64,000 bases of DNA, taken from NCBI GenBank assembly GCA_009991965.1, contig JAACWQ010000003.1:15274-79273 (forward strand), in the 5' to 3' direction. A program made the translations under genes and the position numbers. The notes beneath the pieces are model-generated. The model did not search any database. It was not told the DNA's origin and saw only the letters and a list, made by a program, of their open reading frames with translations. Shown in pieces: positions 28,675-38,412 of this stretch (the first letter of the stretch is position 1; each line of letters starts with the position of its first letter). This DNA is from Minisyncoccota bacterium (GTDB lineage: Bacteria; Patescibacteriota; Microgenomatia; UBA1400; PJMF01).

Positions 28675-29814
28675 GTGCGAAGGATTTTTATACAAATCAC
28701 ATTTCTAGTACTATTGAGCTTGTCGCCCGTTGAAATTCTGGCGCAAACAAATGTTGTTGTCTCCGAAGTCTTTCCAGCTCCAGACACAGGGGGAAATGAA
28801 TGGGTAGAGATATATAACCAGGCCTCTAGTTCTGCCTACCTCAGCAACTGGACCCTTTCAGACACACTGAGTTCGCCCAGTATCTTGCACCAATTTGTTG
28901 ATTTTGTTTTGGGTCCCTATGAAGTTTTTGTGCTCAACCTCAGTGGCAGCAAACTAAATAATACTGGCGACACTGTTGTTCTGAGTGACCCGAGCGCGAC
29001 TTATTCCGCGACCCTCACCTACCCAAATGCTACCAAAGGATTGTCTTGGCATCTCAACCTCACCACAAACGAAGTATATGAAGCAACGCCAAGCGCAGGA
29101 GTAGTGGCCACGGTTAGTGCGGTTGTTGCTCCAACACCAACTCCTTCTCCTACAGTCACGCCAATTCCAACGCCGACCGCTACTCCAGCAACCATCCTCA
29201 CAAAGCCAGAAGTGAGTCTCTCTGAGATTATGGCCTGCCCAATCTCAGGTCAACCAGAATGGATCAAGTTGTTCAACTCTGGTGAAGCTCTAGAGATTAT
29301 AAATTGGGTTGCAACAGATAGTACAGGCAACACACGCAGATTCTCTGGTGTACTACCCAAGGATAATTACACAATTTTTAGCTGGACAAGTAGTATGCTC
29401 AATAACACAGGGGATAGTATAAAAATCACCACAGATTCCGGCATAGTTGTCGATCAGGCAAGTTACAGCGAGTGCGTTAGTGGCAAAAGCCTCAGTCTCC
29501 TCGGGGAAGTCTGGCAGCCACCACAGCCAACCCCGACTCCAGGAGTTGCTAGCGTTTTATCTACTCTGAACACAACGGCAACACCTGCAGAAACTGGAGA
29601 AGTATTGGGCAGCACAACACGACAAACACCATATCCATACTCGCTCAGAGAATTTGCAATTAGTCATACAGCATCAAGCGCTGGATTACCAACAAAGCAA
29701 TATACTCGAATAACAACTCCACCGAAACAAATACCTTCTTCCTCCAGTGGTATACTGGGAGGTCTACTTTTAATCATAAGCAGTTTGTATGCCCGAGGAA
29801 AATCTTTCATCTAA
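28675..29814 (+). CDS. Surface protein with two lamin-tail-like domains and Pro/Thr linkers
   Basis: Signal peptide; repeated 'SE....P..G..EW.(E/K)I.N' and 'LNNTGD'; PTPTP linkers; C-terminal TM. Confidence 0.8.
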   Translation: MRRIFIQITFLVLLSLSPVEILAQTNVVVSEVFPAPDTGGNEWVEIYNQASSSAYLSNWTLSDTLSSPSILHQFVDFVLGPYEVFVLNLSGSKLNNTGDTVVLSDPSATYSATLTYPNATKGLSWHLNLTTNEVYEATPSAGVVATVSAVVAPTPTPSPTVTPIPTPTATPATILTKPEVSLSEIMACPISGQPEWIKLFNSGEALEIINWVATDSTGNTRRFSGVLPKDNYTIFSWTSSMLNNTGDSIKITTDSGIVVDQASYSECVSGKSLSLLGEVWQPPQPTPTPGVASVLSTLNTTATPAETGEVLGSTTRQTPYPYSLREFAISHTASSAGLPTKQYTRITTPPKQIPSSSSGILGGLLLIISSLYARGKSFI

Positions 29815-30190
29815 TATCCGCTTAGCCCTACTTTTACGCGCGTATCTCCCCGTGGTATTTTGGGCTGGATTCATTTTCTATCTCTCGAGCCAACCTATTT
29901 TGCCAGGTTTCTCTGTAGATACCTACGATTTTATTTTCAAAAAAATGGCTCATATCACCGTATATGCGATACTCTATTTCCTGTTCTATAGATCCCAAAA
30001 AATAACAAGTACTGCAGCCGCAGCGGACAAGAGAATTTGGCTGCTGCCATTTTTACTTGTACTCCTCTATGCCGTCAGCGACGAATTACACCAACAGTTT
30101 GTGATGGGTAGATTCGGCACAGCACGCGATGTTGGCTTTGATTTTCTTGGCGCTGGCCTGGCATTTTTAAAACTATACCGATACATCTAG
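29789..30190 (+). CDS. VanZ-family membrane protein
   Basis: 'IFYLSSQP', 'KMAHITVYAIL', 'YAVSDELHQQFVMGR..DV.FD'. Confidence 0.88.
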   Translation: MPEENLSSNIRLALLLRAYLPVVFWAGFIFYLSSQPILPGFSVDTYDFIFKKMAHITVYAILYFLFYRSQKITSTAAAADKRIWLLPFLLVLLYAVSDELHQQFVMGRFGTARDVGFDFLGAGLAFLKLYRYI

Positions 30191-30206
30191 CAAATTGTTT
30201 ACCTAC

Positions 30207-30234
30207 TTGACTTGCCACTTGCTTCCAGTACACT
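30207..30234 (+). promoter_or_regulatory. Putative sigma70 promoter of the HU gene
   Basis: TTGACT, 16-nt spacer, TACACT; SD AAGGA precedes ATG 30292. Confidence 0.5.
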
Positions 30235-30291
30235 TGGCTTTGTAAGGCTGCTTGTAGTAAATCATGTGCTGAAAATGAAAGGAAGTATCCT

Positions 30292-30567
30292 ATGACAAAA
30301 TCACAGATCATTGCGATTGTTGCCAAAAAGGCACATCTTACTAAAAAAGCATCTTCCGATGCAATTGAAGCGCTATTCGATGAGGTCACACGCTCTCTCA
30401 AAAAGGGTGAGAAGGTTGTTATTTCAGGATTCGGCACTATCTACGTCAGTACAGTAAATGATAAGCAAGTTGTTCCATTTGGCAATGAAGCAAAACGTCA
30501 GACCATCAAATCACATCGTGTGGTAAACCTCAAAGTAGGTAAGCCGCTCAAAAAAGCTGTTTGGTAA
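30292..30567 (+). CDS. hup: HU-family DNA-binding protein
   Basis: 'MTKSQII..LTKK', 'LKKGEKVVISGFGT', 'GKPLKKAV'. Confidence 0.92.
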   Translation: MTKSQIIAIVAKKAHLTKKASSDAIEALFDEVTRSLKKGEKVVISGFGTIYVSTVNDKQVVPFGNEAKRQTIKSHRVVNLKVGKPLKKAVW

Positions 30568-30590
30568 ACGACAGATTAAGATTGAACAAA

Positions 30591-30618
30591 AAAAACACCC
30601 TTGAAAAAGGGTGTTTTT
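30591..30618 (+). terminator. Rho-independent terminator after hup
   Basis: AAAAACACCCTT-GAAA-AAGGGTGTTTTT hairpin with T tract. Confidence 0.8.
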
Positions 30619-30631
30619 GGTTATACAAAAA

Positions 30632-31447
30632 ATGAATCGCATCGCACAACAATCTAACTTTTACTCTAAAGTTATTCGCTTCAAGTTTATTAAAGCACTT
30701 CAGTGGCGAACTGAAATGATCCTCTGGATTTTGCTCGACATTTTCCCATTTATTATTTTGCTTTTCATTTGGCAATCAGTACTATCACTTTCTGCCTCGC
30801 CAAGTATTTCCCTTCCAGAGCTAACGGTCTTTTACTACTTAGTCATTCTTGTTCAAGGTTTTACTGTCACGCACTTCGAGGAGTATAGGCCAGAAGAAAT
30901 TCGAATGGGGAAAATTGACTTTTTTTTAATCAAACCATATAGCTTCATCCAAGAAATTATTCTCAATGATATCGCCGGCAAACTACTCTACATTCTGATG
31001 ATCTCGCCCTTTCTTGCTCTTCTCGGTTATATCCTGTGGCATCTCGGACTCTTTGCCATACCAGCATTAACCACAATTCATGTTTTGGTTTTTGTCTGTC
31101 TACTCTTGCTTGCGTACATATTACAGTTCTGTCTTTCGTTACTCATAACGATGACAGCATTTTGGTTTGAAGAAGCGCAAGGTCTATCAAACCTGAAAAT
31201 ACTCGTCATTTCTTTATTTAGCGGCACACTCATCCCCTTTGCACTTTTACCAGAGTGGCTACAGAAAGTTACCAACGCACAACCACTCAAGTTTTTGTTT
31301 GCCGTTCCCATTCGTCTCATTCAAGAACAGGCGTTACCTACTGCACAGGACTGGAGCATGTTGTTTGGCACCCTAGCTTTCTTGATTGGGACAATCTTTC
31401 TTTTGTGGCAACGAGGTATTCAGAAATATAGTTCGGCAGGAGGGTAG
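30632..31447 (+). CDS. ABC-2 permease (DUF990/ABC2_membrane_6)
   Basis: About 6 TM, 'IRMGKIDFFLIKP', 'FSGTLIP..LP.W', C-terminal 'KYSSAGG'. Confidence 0.85.
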   Translation: MNRIAQQSNFYSKVIRFKFIKALQWRTEMILWILLDIFPFIILLFIWQSVLSLSASPSISLPELTVFYYLVILVQGFTVTHFEEYRPEEIRMGKIDFFLIKPYSFIQEIILNDIAGKLLYILMISPFLALLGYILWHLGLFAIPALTTIHVLVFVCLLLLAYILQFCLSLLITMTAFWFEEAQGLSNLKILVISLFSGTLIPFALLPEWLQKVTNAQPLKFLFAVPIRLIQEQALPTAQDWSMLFGTLAFLIGTIFLLWQRGIQKYSSAGG

Positions 31448-32244
31448 TGCAAGCGTTTAAAAAATACTGGAAGATATTCTGGCGTTTCCGCAAACTTGAG
31501 TTGATGCGAATGATGGAGTACCGTGGCGACTTTTTGTTTTGGGCGCTTGTTTCTATATTATGGACCGGATTTAATTTCTTCTTTTTTTCACTTATTCTCC
31601 GAGTGTCAGATACCGTGGCAGGCTGGACAGCAGATGAAATGTATCTGCTGCTCGGCACGTTTACCCTACTTGACGCATTTACCTGGACATTCTTCTACCA
31701 AAACATGCAACGATATACCAGACATGTATTTACTGGCAGCCTCACTATGCTGCTCACCAAACCCATCAGCACAATCTTTCTATTAACTACAAGCTCAAAT
31801 AGTTTTAATAATATTTTCCGCTTCTTGATTGGCTGTGCAGCCATCGTTATTTCACTTCATCGAATGGAAATCACGCCATCGATTAGCAGCGTAGTGCTCT
31901 ATTTCTTCGCGCTCATGGCTGCGGCTCTCTTTATTTACGCCATTTGGTTTATGGCTTCGACACTCTCATTTTGGATTGAAAAATTAGACAACATTAATGA
32001 GATCATTCCAGGACTTCGTCGAGTTATGCAGGTTCCTCGAGGCGTGTTTGCTGGAGCTGCGTCAGTGCTCTTTACTGTACTCCTTCCAATCTCATTGGTA
32101 GCGAGTGTACCGAGTGAAATCCTCTTACAAAAAGCAGAGACAAAATGGGTAGTCTGGCTGTTTGTCAGTAGTTTTCTCTCACTCTTGCTTGCTCGAAAAT
32201 TCTTTTACTTCGCAATCAAAAGGTATAGTAGTGTCGGCAACTAA
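31447..32244 (+). CDS. ABC-2 permease (DUF990), second type
   Basis: 'MEYRGDF', 'GWTADEM', 'G.L..LLTKP', C-terminal 'RYSSVGN'. Confidence 0.85.
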   Translation: MQAFKKYWKIFWRFRKLELMRMMEYRGDFLFWALVSILWTGFNFFFFSLILRVSDTVAGWTADEMYLLLGTFTLLDAFTWTFFYQNMQRYTRHVFTGSLTMLLTKPISTIFLLTTSSNSFNNIFRFLIGCAAIVISLHRMEITPSISSVVLYFFALMAAALFIYAIWFMASTLSFWIEKLDNINEIIPGLRRVMQVPRGVFAGAASVLFTVLLPISLVASVPSEILLQKAETKWVVWLFVSSFLSLLLARKFFYFAIKRYSSVGN

Positions 32245-32265
32245 GCCAGGTATAATAAGGAATCT

Positions 32266-33258
32266 ATGTCACAACCAGTCATCACTGTCTCAAATCTAAA
32301 AAAGCATTTTACTGTCTATAAAAAGCAACCTGGACTACTCGGATCAATCCGATCGCTCTGGCATCGTGAGTACGAAACTGTTGCGGCGGTAGATGATATT
32401 TCGTTCACTATCAATCAAGGTGAAATCGTCGGTTTCATTGGACAAAATGGTGCAGGCAAAACCACGACACTCAAGATGTTATCGGGGCTTCTGTATCCTA
32501 CCAGCGGTTCGGTCTCAGTCCTTGGATACAATCCCTGGAATCGCAAGAGCGCATTTCAAAAACAATTCTCTCTTGTGCTTGGGCAAAAAAATCAGCTGTG
32601 GTGGGATCTTCCAGCCATAGAAACATTCTTACTCAACCAAGCAATCTATGATATTCCCGAGGCACAATTTCGCAAAACGCTCAACAAATTAGTGAACCTT
32701 CTTGATGTCAAAGACAGTATTCAAATCCAAGTGAGAAAACTATCACTCGGCCAACGCATGAAGTGTGAGTTGATTGCGGCGCTCCTTCACAATCCAAAAG
32801 TACTCTTCTTAGATGAGCCGACAATTGGACTCGACGTTGTCATGCAAAAGACACTCAGGGATTTTATTTCTGAGTACAATCGTGAGTTTGGGGCCACTGT
32901 TATTTTGACTAGTCACTACATGGACGATGTCAAAGAACTTTGTAAACGAGTCATCATGATCGACCACGGTAAGAAAATTTATGATGGTCTCCTCAGTAAT
33001 ATCATTAGTAAATACGCGCGAAACAAAACACTTTCGCTCGTATTTAGTGAATCTGTCACAAAGAAATCACTCACTGAGTTTGGCACGGTCAAAAATTGGA
33101 ATGGATCTTCTGCCACACTCCTTGTTTCGCGCAAAGAAGCAACTAAAATTGCTGCTCGCTTACTAGAGTCACTCCCCGTACAAGATCTCAACATTGAAGA
33201 AGCACCACTTGAAGCAATTATTAGAGAAGTGTTTGGCAACAAAGCAAAATCAGCGTGA
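32266..33258 (+). CDS. ABC-2 transporter ATP-binding protein
   Basis: 'GQNGAGKTT', 'GQKNQLWWDLP', 'LSLGQRMK', 'LFLDEPTIGLD', 'TSHYM'. Confidence 0.93.
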   Translation: MSQPVITVSNLKKHFTVYKKQPGLLGSIRSLWHREYETVAAVDDISFTINQGEIVGFIGQNGAGKTTTLKMLSGLLYPTSGSVSVLGYNPWNRKSAFQKQFSLVLGQKNQLWWDLPAIETFLLNQAIYDIPEAQFRKTLNKLVNLLDVKDSIQIQVRKLSLGQRMKCELIAALLHNPKVLFLDEPTIGLDVVMQKTLRDFISEYNREFGATVILTSHYMDDVKELCKRVIMIDHGKKIYDGLLSNIISKYARNKTLSLVFSESVTKKSLTEFGTVKNWNGSSATLLVSRKEATKIAARLLESLPVQDLNIEEAPLEAIIREVFGNKAKSA

Positions 33259-34046
33259 ACTCATACTTGAGACTCCTGTCTCTCTCCTGGCAAAATGGGC
33301 TCGTTTATAGAGCGAACCTACTTATGTGGCGGTTCCGTCAGTTTTTGGGCAGCGTCATGTCACTTTCTGTTTGGAGTGTACTCTTTACAAGCCAAACTGA
33401 CCTCTTTGGTTATAACCGATCAGAAATGATTAGCTATATTTTCGTCGCAGCACTTTTGCAGGGTCTCATCCTTGCCTCAGCCCTGCACGGCTTGGCCCAA
33501 AGAATTTATTCTGGGGAAATTAGTACTCTGCTTCTAAAACCAATATCTCTTTTTTCATATTTCGCGGTAGAAGAAATTGCAGACAAAGCGCGAAATGTAT
33601 TCTTTACGATTATTGAAAGTGGCATACTCATCGTGTTGTTTCAGCCTCAAATCATCCTGCCCCCGTCCGAAGTATTCGCCCTCTTTCTTTTATGGGCGCT
33701 CGGTGGAGTGCTTCTCAACTTTTTATTTTCGCTGCTCTTTGGCACACTTGGTTTTTGGAGCCCAGAAACTTGGGGGCCCAAGTTCTTATTTTTTATTTTT
33801 GTTGATTTCTCTGCTGGCAAATTATTTCCACTTAATATTCTTCCGGACTGGCTGCAAAGTATCTTGTTTTTTACGCCGTTTCCCTACCTTACGTTTATGC
33901 AAACACAATTATTTCTGGGCAAGATTCCAGTAGATGAGATTGCTTTTCACTCTACCATCCTACTCATTTGGATTATTTTATTCACTATTGCAAATAAATA
34001 TTTATGGCAAAAGGGCTTGCGTAGCTACGCGGCACAAGGACAATGA
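33255..34046 (+). CDS. ABC-2 permease (DUF990)
   Basis: 'YRAN', 'IYSGEISTLLLKP', 'AGKLFPLNILP.W', C-terminal 'YAAQGQ'. Confidence 0.85.
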   Translation: MNSYLRLLSLSWQNGLVYRANLLMWRFRQFLGSVMSLSVWSVLFTSQTDLFGYNRSEMISYIFVAALLQGLILASALHGLAQRIYSGEISTLLLKPISLFSYFAVEEIADKARNVFFTIIESGILIVLFQPQIILPPSEVFALFLLWALGGVLLNFLFSLLFGTLGFWSPETWGPKFLFFIFVDFSAGKLFPLNILPDWLQSILFFTPFPYLTFMQTQLFLGKIPVDEIAFHSTILLIWIILFTIANKYLWQKGLRSYAAQGQ

Positions 34047-34442
34047 CGCGATTTGCAACCTACTGGCGCGTTTGGCGGCTAACTGCAGCCAACGCACTAC
34101 AAATTGCCTTTGTAAATAGAGGAACAAACCTCTTCTTTCTGCTTGGCAAAGCATTTCGTTTTTTCATGGGTTTGCTCTTTTTATTATTGATCAAGCGAAC
34201 AGTCTCAACGGTCGGCGGCTACTCAAGCGATGAGAGTGACGATCTATAATGAATCAGTACGACTTGTGCTCTTTTTTCTACTTCCCATTGGACTCATGCT
34301 CACTGTGCCCGCTCAGGTATTACTCAACACAGAAGTCAGCGTAACCCTACCTGTCGTATTTGCAATAACTACGACACTGCTGTTCTTGAGTCTAAAATTG
34401 TGGAGATACAGCCTGAAAAAATATTCCAGCGCCAGTAGCTAA
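34043..34442 (+). pseudogene. Internally deleted and frameshifted ABC-2 permease
   Basis: The N-terminal piece (to 'VGGYSSDE') and the C-terminal piece ('FLLPIG..VPAQ..KYSSASS') are in different frames and joined near 34235. Total 400 nt versus about 800 nt for the paralogue at 31447. Confidence 0.8.
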
Positions 34443-34951
34443 CGACGTGGCGATTGGCGAGAACGACGGGCTTTTCCACCCATGCCAATTTTTCTGGTTT
34501 CTTTCATACGATCATCTCGTGTGAGCAAACCAGCTTGCTTTAACAATGTGTGAAATTCGGAATTTTGTTTGTCGATTGCGCGTGACAAACCATGCACTAC
34601 TGCGTCCAATTGTGCTCTGATGCCTGAACCAGAAACTCTGGCCGAAACAGCTATTGCTGCATCTGTGCCTGTGACAGTGAGAGGAAGAGAGAATAATTTT
34701 ACTGCGTGTGCGATGGAAGCAAAGTAGTCTTTTGCCAAAATACCATTGACAGTGAAGTCACCTGCTTTAGAAAAAAGTCGTACTCGAGCAGTTGCTACTT
34801 TTCTTCGACCAATACCTTCGACATACACACCAGTTGGTGCTGGGATAACTGTTTTTTCGGTAACACCGCCAACAGTCTTTTTTTTCTGAGGAATAATACG
34901 CTTCACTACCCGCTGTGCTTGACCTTTTTTCTTTGCTAAACGTAATGCCAT
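34439..34951 (-). CDS. rpsI: 30S ribosomal protein S9 with a basic N-terminal extension
   Basis: 'GRRKVATARV', 'LLTRDDRMKETRKIG..ARR..Q..RR'. Confidence 0.96.
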   Translation of the reverse strand: MALRLAKKKGQAQRVVKRIIPQKKKTVGGVTEKTVIPAPTGVYVEGIGRRKVATARVRLFSKAGDFTVNGILAKDYFASIAHAVKLFSLPLTVTGTDAAIAVSARVSGSGIRAQLDAVVHGLSRAIDKQNSEFHTLLKQAGLLTRDDRMKETRKIGMGGKARRSRQSPRR

Positions 34952-34954
34952 GAC

Positions 34955-35380
34955 TTACTCCTTTGTTGCCAATTGACTCTGATGCGTGTGCTCTGCACCT
35001 GCAAAAATTTTGAGTCGCTTCATTCTCATACTACGTAATTTATTTTTTGGTAACATATTGAAAACTGCTTTTTCAATAATTCGCTCAGGAAACTTGGCCT
35101 GTAGATCTGCAAATTTGATGCTACGGAATCCACCCGGATAGTTAGAGTGAGTGTAATACATCTTCTGTTGTGCTTTATTGCGAGTAACTACGACTTCTGC
35201 AGCGTTGGTCACAACGACAAAGTCGCCCATATCTACATTTGGTGTGTACTCTTTCTTTTGCTTGCCGACCAACAGTTTTGCAATCTGAGTTGCGGATCGA
35301 CCAAGCACAGTTTTGGAAACATCAACAATATGCCACGCACGCGTGACATCTTCTGATTTGGTGATAAATGATTTTTGCAT
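34955..35380 (-). CDS. rplM: 50S ribosomal protein L13
   Basis: 'LGRSAT', 'YTPNVDMGDFVVV', 'YPGG', 'MLPKN'. Confidence 0.98.
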   Translation of the reverse strand: MQKSFITKSEDVTRAWHIVDVSKTVLGRSATQIAKLLVGKQKKEYTPNVDMGDFVVVTNAAEVVVTRNKAQQKMYYTHSNYPGGFRSIKFADLQAKFPERIIEKAVFNMLPKNKLRSMRMKRLKIFAGAEHTHQSQLATKE

Positions 35381-35381
35381 A

Positions 35382-35810
35382 CTACTTCTTTACTGTCTTT
35401 TTTACAGGCGCAATCTTTTTTGGTACCTCTGGTTTAAACGTACCTAATCGCTCACGTTGCTCCATCAGACTTACTTTGAATAGAGGTGTTGCGTCTCCAC
35501 GACGAATACCTACTGGCTCAATTGTCGTAAAACCTGAATCACGTTTTGTAAACGTAGGAGCGATCGCGTCAACTAAAGTGTTTACCACATCGTGTTTACC
35601 AAAGGTTTTGTGCAACTCTCTTCTGCTCGCAACTGTGTTCGTTTTTGATTTGATCACGATAGAATCAACTTGACGTTTCAGCTCTTTTGCTTTTGCCTGA
35701 GTGGTTGTGATTGCACCATGCAGAAACAATTGACGCAACAAGTTCTTAAGGAGCGCTTCCCTATGCTTGGTATCTCGATTCAGCTTGCGTTTTGCTACTC
35801 TATGTCTCAT
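35382..35810 (-). CDS. rplQ: 50S ribosomal protein L17
   Basis: 'MRHRVAKRKLNR', 'TTQAKAKE', 'RRGDA'. Confidence 0.97.
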   Translation of the reverse strand: MRHRVAKRKLNRDTKHREALLKNLLRQLFLHGAITTTQAKAKELKRQVDSIVIKSKTNTVASRRELHKTFGKHDVVNTLVDAIAPTFTKRDSGFTTIEPVGIRRGDATPLFKVSLMEQRERLGTFKPEVPKKIAPVKKTVKK

Positions 35811-35813
35811 GAA

Positions 35814-36758
35814 TTACTCGCCTAAACTGACGCCCTTTTTGATTAATGCCCCATCAACTACAACGACACTCTTTTCGCCGAGGTTTTTGACCTTAGCGAT
35901 AATGTTTTTTGACGTTCCAACTAAGTCACCAACAGTGGCAAATCCACCTTTGCGTAATGCATTTGCGATACGAGTTGGCAAGTCGAGCTCTTCTACGGTC
36001 AGGCGAAGTACTTCTGCTTCTTCTGGACTGAGCATAGTTTCTGGCTCTACAACAGCCTGAGCAGTTGGATTGGTGATTTGTGTAAACTGACGAGAAAGAA
36101 TCTGTGCCGCTTGTTTGACTGCATCAAGAGGGGCAATCGAACCATCGGTGGCAACAGTCATGATTAGTTTATCAAAATCTGTTCTGCGACCGACACGTGT
36201 TGCTTCCACTTTGTATGAAACACTGACAACTGGGGAAAAAAGTGCATCAAGCATAACGTCTCCAACACCAGTACTCTGTGTTTCATCGGAAACCTGATAA
36301 CCAGTGCCAGTACTTGCAGTCATTTCCAAATCGACTGATCCAGTAGCGGCAATTGTCATGATATGTTGATCACCATTTGCAATAGAGAAACCTGCTTCGC
36401 AATCAATATCTTTTGCAGTAACTACTTTTGGACCCTTGGCTGAAAGTCTGAGCACGCCGGTTCCACTGTTTTCTGCAATTACTCGAACGAGCTTGAGGTT
36501 AAGACCAATCTCGAGCACATCTTCGGTAACACCGGGAATAGCACTAAATTGATGATCTACACCTTGTACGCGCAATTGTGTGATGGCTGCACCTGGCAAA
36601 GAGGAAAGGAGTACTCGTCGCATTGCGTTGCCGAGTGTGTGACCATATCCCTGCTCTAAAGGATCGATCGTAATAACCGAAAGTTGGTCATTCTCAGCTA
36701 CTTCACTCAACTCAAAAGTTGGGTTCATCACTGGGTATTGTGTAACATCTTGTAACAT
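35814..36758 (-). CDS. rpoA: RNA polymerase alpha subunit
   Basis: 'GYGHTLGNAMRRVLLSS', 'RVGRRTDFDKL', alpha-CTD 'KNLGEKS'; SD AAGGAG before 36758. Confidence 0.98.
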   Translation of the reverse strand: MLQDVTQYPVMNPTFELSEVAENDQLSVITIDPLEQGYGHTLGNAMRRVLLSSLPGAAITQLRVQGVDHQFSAIPGVTEDVLEIGLNLKLVRVIAENSGTGVLRLSAKGPKVVTAKDIDCEAGFSIANGDQHIMTIAATGSVDLEMTASTGTGYQVSDETQSTGVGDVMLDALFSPVVSVSYKVEATRVGRRTDFDKLIMTVATDGSIAPLDAVKQAAQILSRQFTQITNPTAQAVVEPETMLSPEEAEVLRLTVEELDLPTRIANALRKGGFATVGDLVGTSKNIIAKVKNLGEKSVVVVDGALIKKGVSLGE

Positions 36759-36823
36759 AGGTCTCCTTTTCGTTTCTTCTCCTCTCATTTGAGAGAATCC
36801 GTTTCTTGAATTTATACTTTTAC

Positions 36824-37429
36824 TTATCTACTGTAGTACTCCACTACCAACTGTTCTTCTACTGGCTCAATTACGTCGGTGCGAACTGGTAAGCGGGTTA
36901 CTTTTGCAGCAATCTGCTTTTTCTCCAACCATTCTGGCTGAGTAGCTTCAGACTCCAGCATATCTTTGATAGCTGGGATCTTGGTTGCTTTTGCGCCCAA
37001 TACAAAGGTGTCGTTTGTTTGTACTTGGTACGAAGAAATATTGTGTCGTTTGCCATTCAGTAAAACGTGATAATGACCCACGAGTTGTCGAGCTGCTGCT
37101 CGTGTTGGTGCCCAACCCAAGCGGAAGACAACATTATCCAATCTGCGTTCGAGCAAAGAGATTAACGTCGAACCAGTAGCCAATTGGCTTGCAGTAGCTT
37201 GTTGATAAAGCTTGCGCAGTTGTTTCTCGGTGATGCCGTAAATATAACGAATCTTTTGCTTTTCTCGCAATTGAATACCAAAATCTGAAAGCTTGCGACG
37301 TCGTTTTGCACCGTGTTGACCTGGACGAATGTTTATCCGTTTTCCAACCTTCAGTGCATTGGATTTAAGAGATAAATCTTCACCAATTTGGCGTGCTAGT
37401 TTGTTTCGTGGGCCGATATGTCTTGACAT
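36824..37429 (-). CDS. rpsD: 30S ribosomal protein S4
   Basis: 'PGQHG', 'QLREKQK', 'LERRLDNVVFRLG', 'VEYYSR'. Confidence 0.98.
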   Translation of the reverse strand: MSRHIGPRNKLARQIGEDLSLKSNALKVGKRINIRPGQHGAKRRRKLSDFGIQLREKQKIRYIYGITEKQLRKLYQQATASQLATGSTLISLLERRLDNVVFRLGWAPTRAAARQLVGHYHVLLNGKRHNISSYQVQTNDTFVLGAKATKIPAIKDMLESEATQPEWLEKKQIAAKVTRLPVRTDVIEPVEEQLVVEYYSR

Positions 37430-37431
37430 AA

Positions 37432-37827
37432 TTATTTGTTGTGTTTCGCTTTCCGTGGTCGAGTACCATTGTGTGGAGACGGTGTCATATCTGCAATCAG
37501 ACTAATCCGGATACCTTGTGCTTTCAATACGCGCAATGCAACATCTCTACCTGGACCTGGACCTTTGATAAACAAGTCCATGTTTTGCATGCCAAAAGCG
37601 CGAGCTTTATTGACGGCATTTTCTAGGGTAATCGTTGCAGCGTATGGGGTTGATTTGCGGGAACCAGTGAAACCTGCTTCTCCAGCTGATGACCAACAAA
37701 GTACATTGCCTTGCTCGTCGGTGATGCTCACAAGGGTAGTGTTGAATGTCGCAGTAACATACATGCGACCACTCGAAACCAATCGCGCTTTTTTCTTACT
37801 TACTGATGATTTTGTTGTAGTTGCCAT
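37432..37827 (-). CDS. rpsK: 30S ribosomal protein S11
   Basis: 'RKSTPYAA', 'GPGPGR', 'PHNG.RP'. Confidence 0.98.
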   Translation of the reverse strand: MATTTKSSVSKKKARLVSSGRMYVTATFNTTLVSITDEQGNVLCWSSAGEAGFTGSRKSTPYAATITLENAVNKARAFGMQNMDLFIKGPGPGRDVALRVLKAQGIRISLIADMTPSPHNGTRPRKAKHNK

Positions 37828-37830
37828 ACG

Positions 37831-38238
37831 TTATTTTTTTGAAGTATCTTCTAGTTTCGCTACCATTTCTTTGCTCAGTGAGCCAACAGTCTTTCGCTTA
37901 CCACCGCCACGAGCACTTCGTGAGTTAGTGCGTGTTCGTTGACCACGTACTGGTAAGTGTGCAATATGACGCAATCCACGGTATGCGCGGGTGCGTTTCA
38001 ACCGATCGATATTATCGTTGATCTCTCTTCGCAAATTTCCTTCAGTCTGATATCTATCGAGAGCTCGCTGAATTCTATTTACTTCATCGGTAGTAAGATC
38101 TCTGGTTCGTTTGTTTTCATCGACATGGGCTTCTGCCAAAATGCTCTGGGAACGATTGTCTCCGATTCCAAAAATGCTACGCAATGCATAGCGTATTTTT
38201 TTGTGTTCTGGTAGATCGATTCCAACAATACGAATCAT
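37831..38238 (-). CDS. rpsM: 30S ribosomal protein S13
   Basis: 'RIVGID', 'YRGLRH..LPVRGQRTRTN'. Confidence 0.98.
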   Translation of the reverse strand: MIRIVGIDLPEHKKIRYALRSIFGIGDNRSQSILAEAHVDENKRTRDLTTDEVNRIQRALDRYQTEGNLRREINDNIDRLKRTRAYRGLRHIAHLPVRGQRTRTNSRSARGGGKRKTVGSLSKEMVAKLEDTSKK

Positions 38239-38241
38239 AAA

Positions 38242-38358
38242 TTAGCTCTGTCTTTGCTTATGCTTTGCATTTGTCTTACACACTACTCGTACTACACCCT
38301 TACGACGAATAAACGTGCATCCGCTGCAGATTTTTTTTAGTGATGTACGTACTTTCAT
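38242..38358 (-). CDS. rpmJ: 50S ribosomal protein L36 (Zn-ribbon type; not in the supplied ORF track)
   Basis: Manual translation [38 protein letters not shown]. Confidence 0.96.
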   Translation of the reverse strand: MKVRTSLKKICSGCTFIRRKGVVRVVCKTNAKHKQRQS

Positions 38359-38412
38359 CTTTGTTCCTCAAGAGAGGTGAACTATACCAGGTGTGCTCTC
38401 ATTTGAAAAGGC

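Noticed and set aside
29128-29190. PTPTP-coding stretch as a DNA tandem repeat
   Set aside because: Codons vary, so it is a protein-level low-complexity linker rather than a VNTR.
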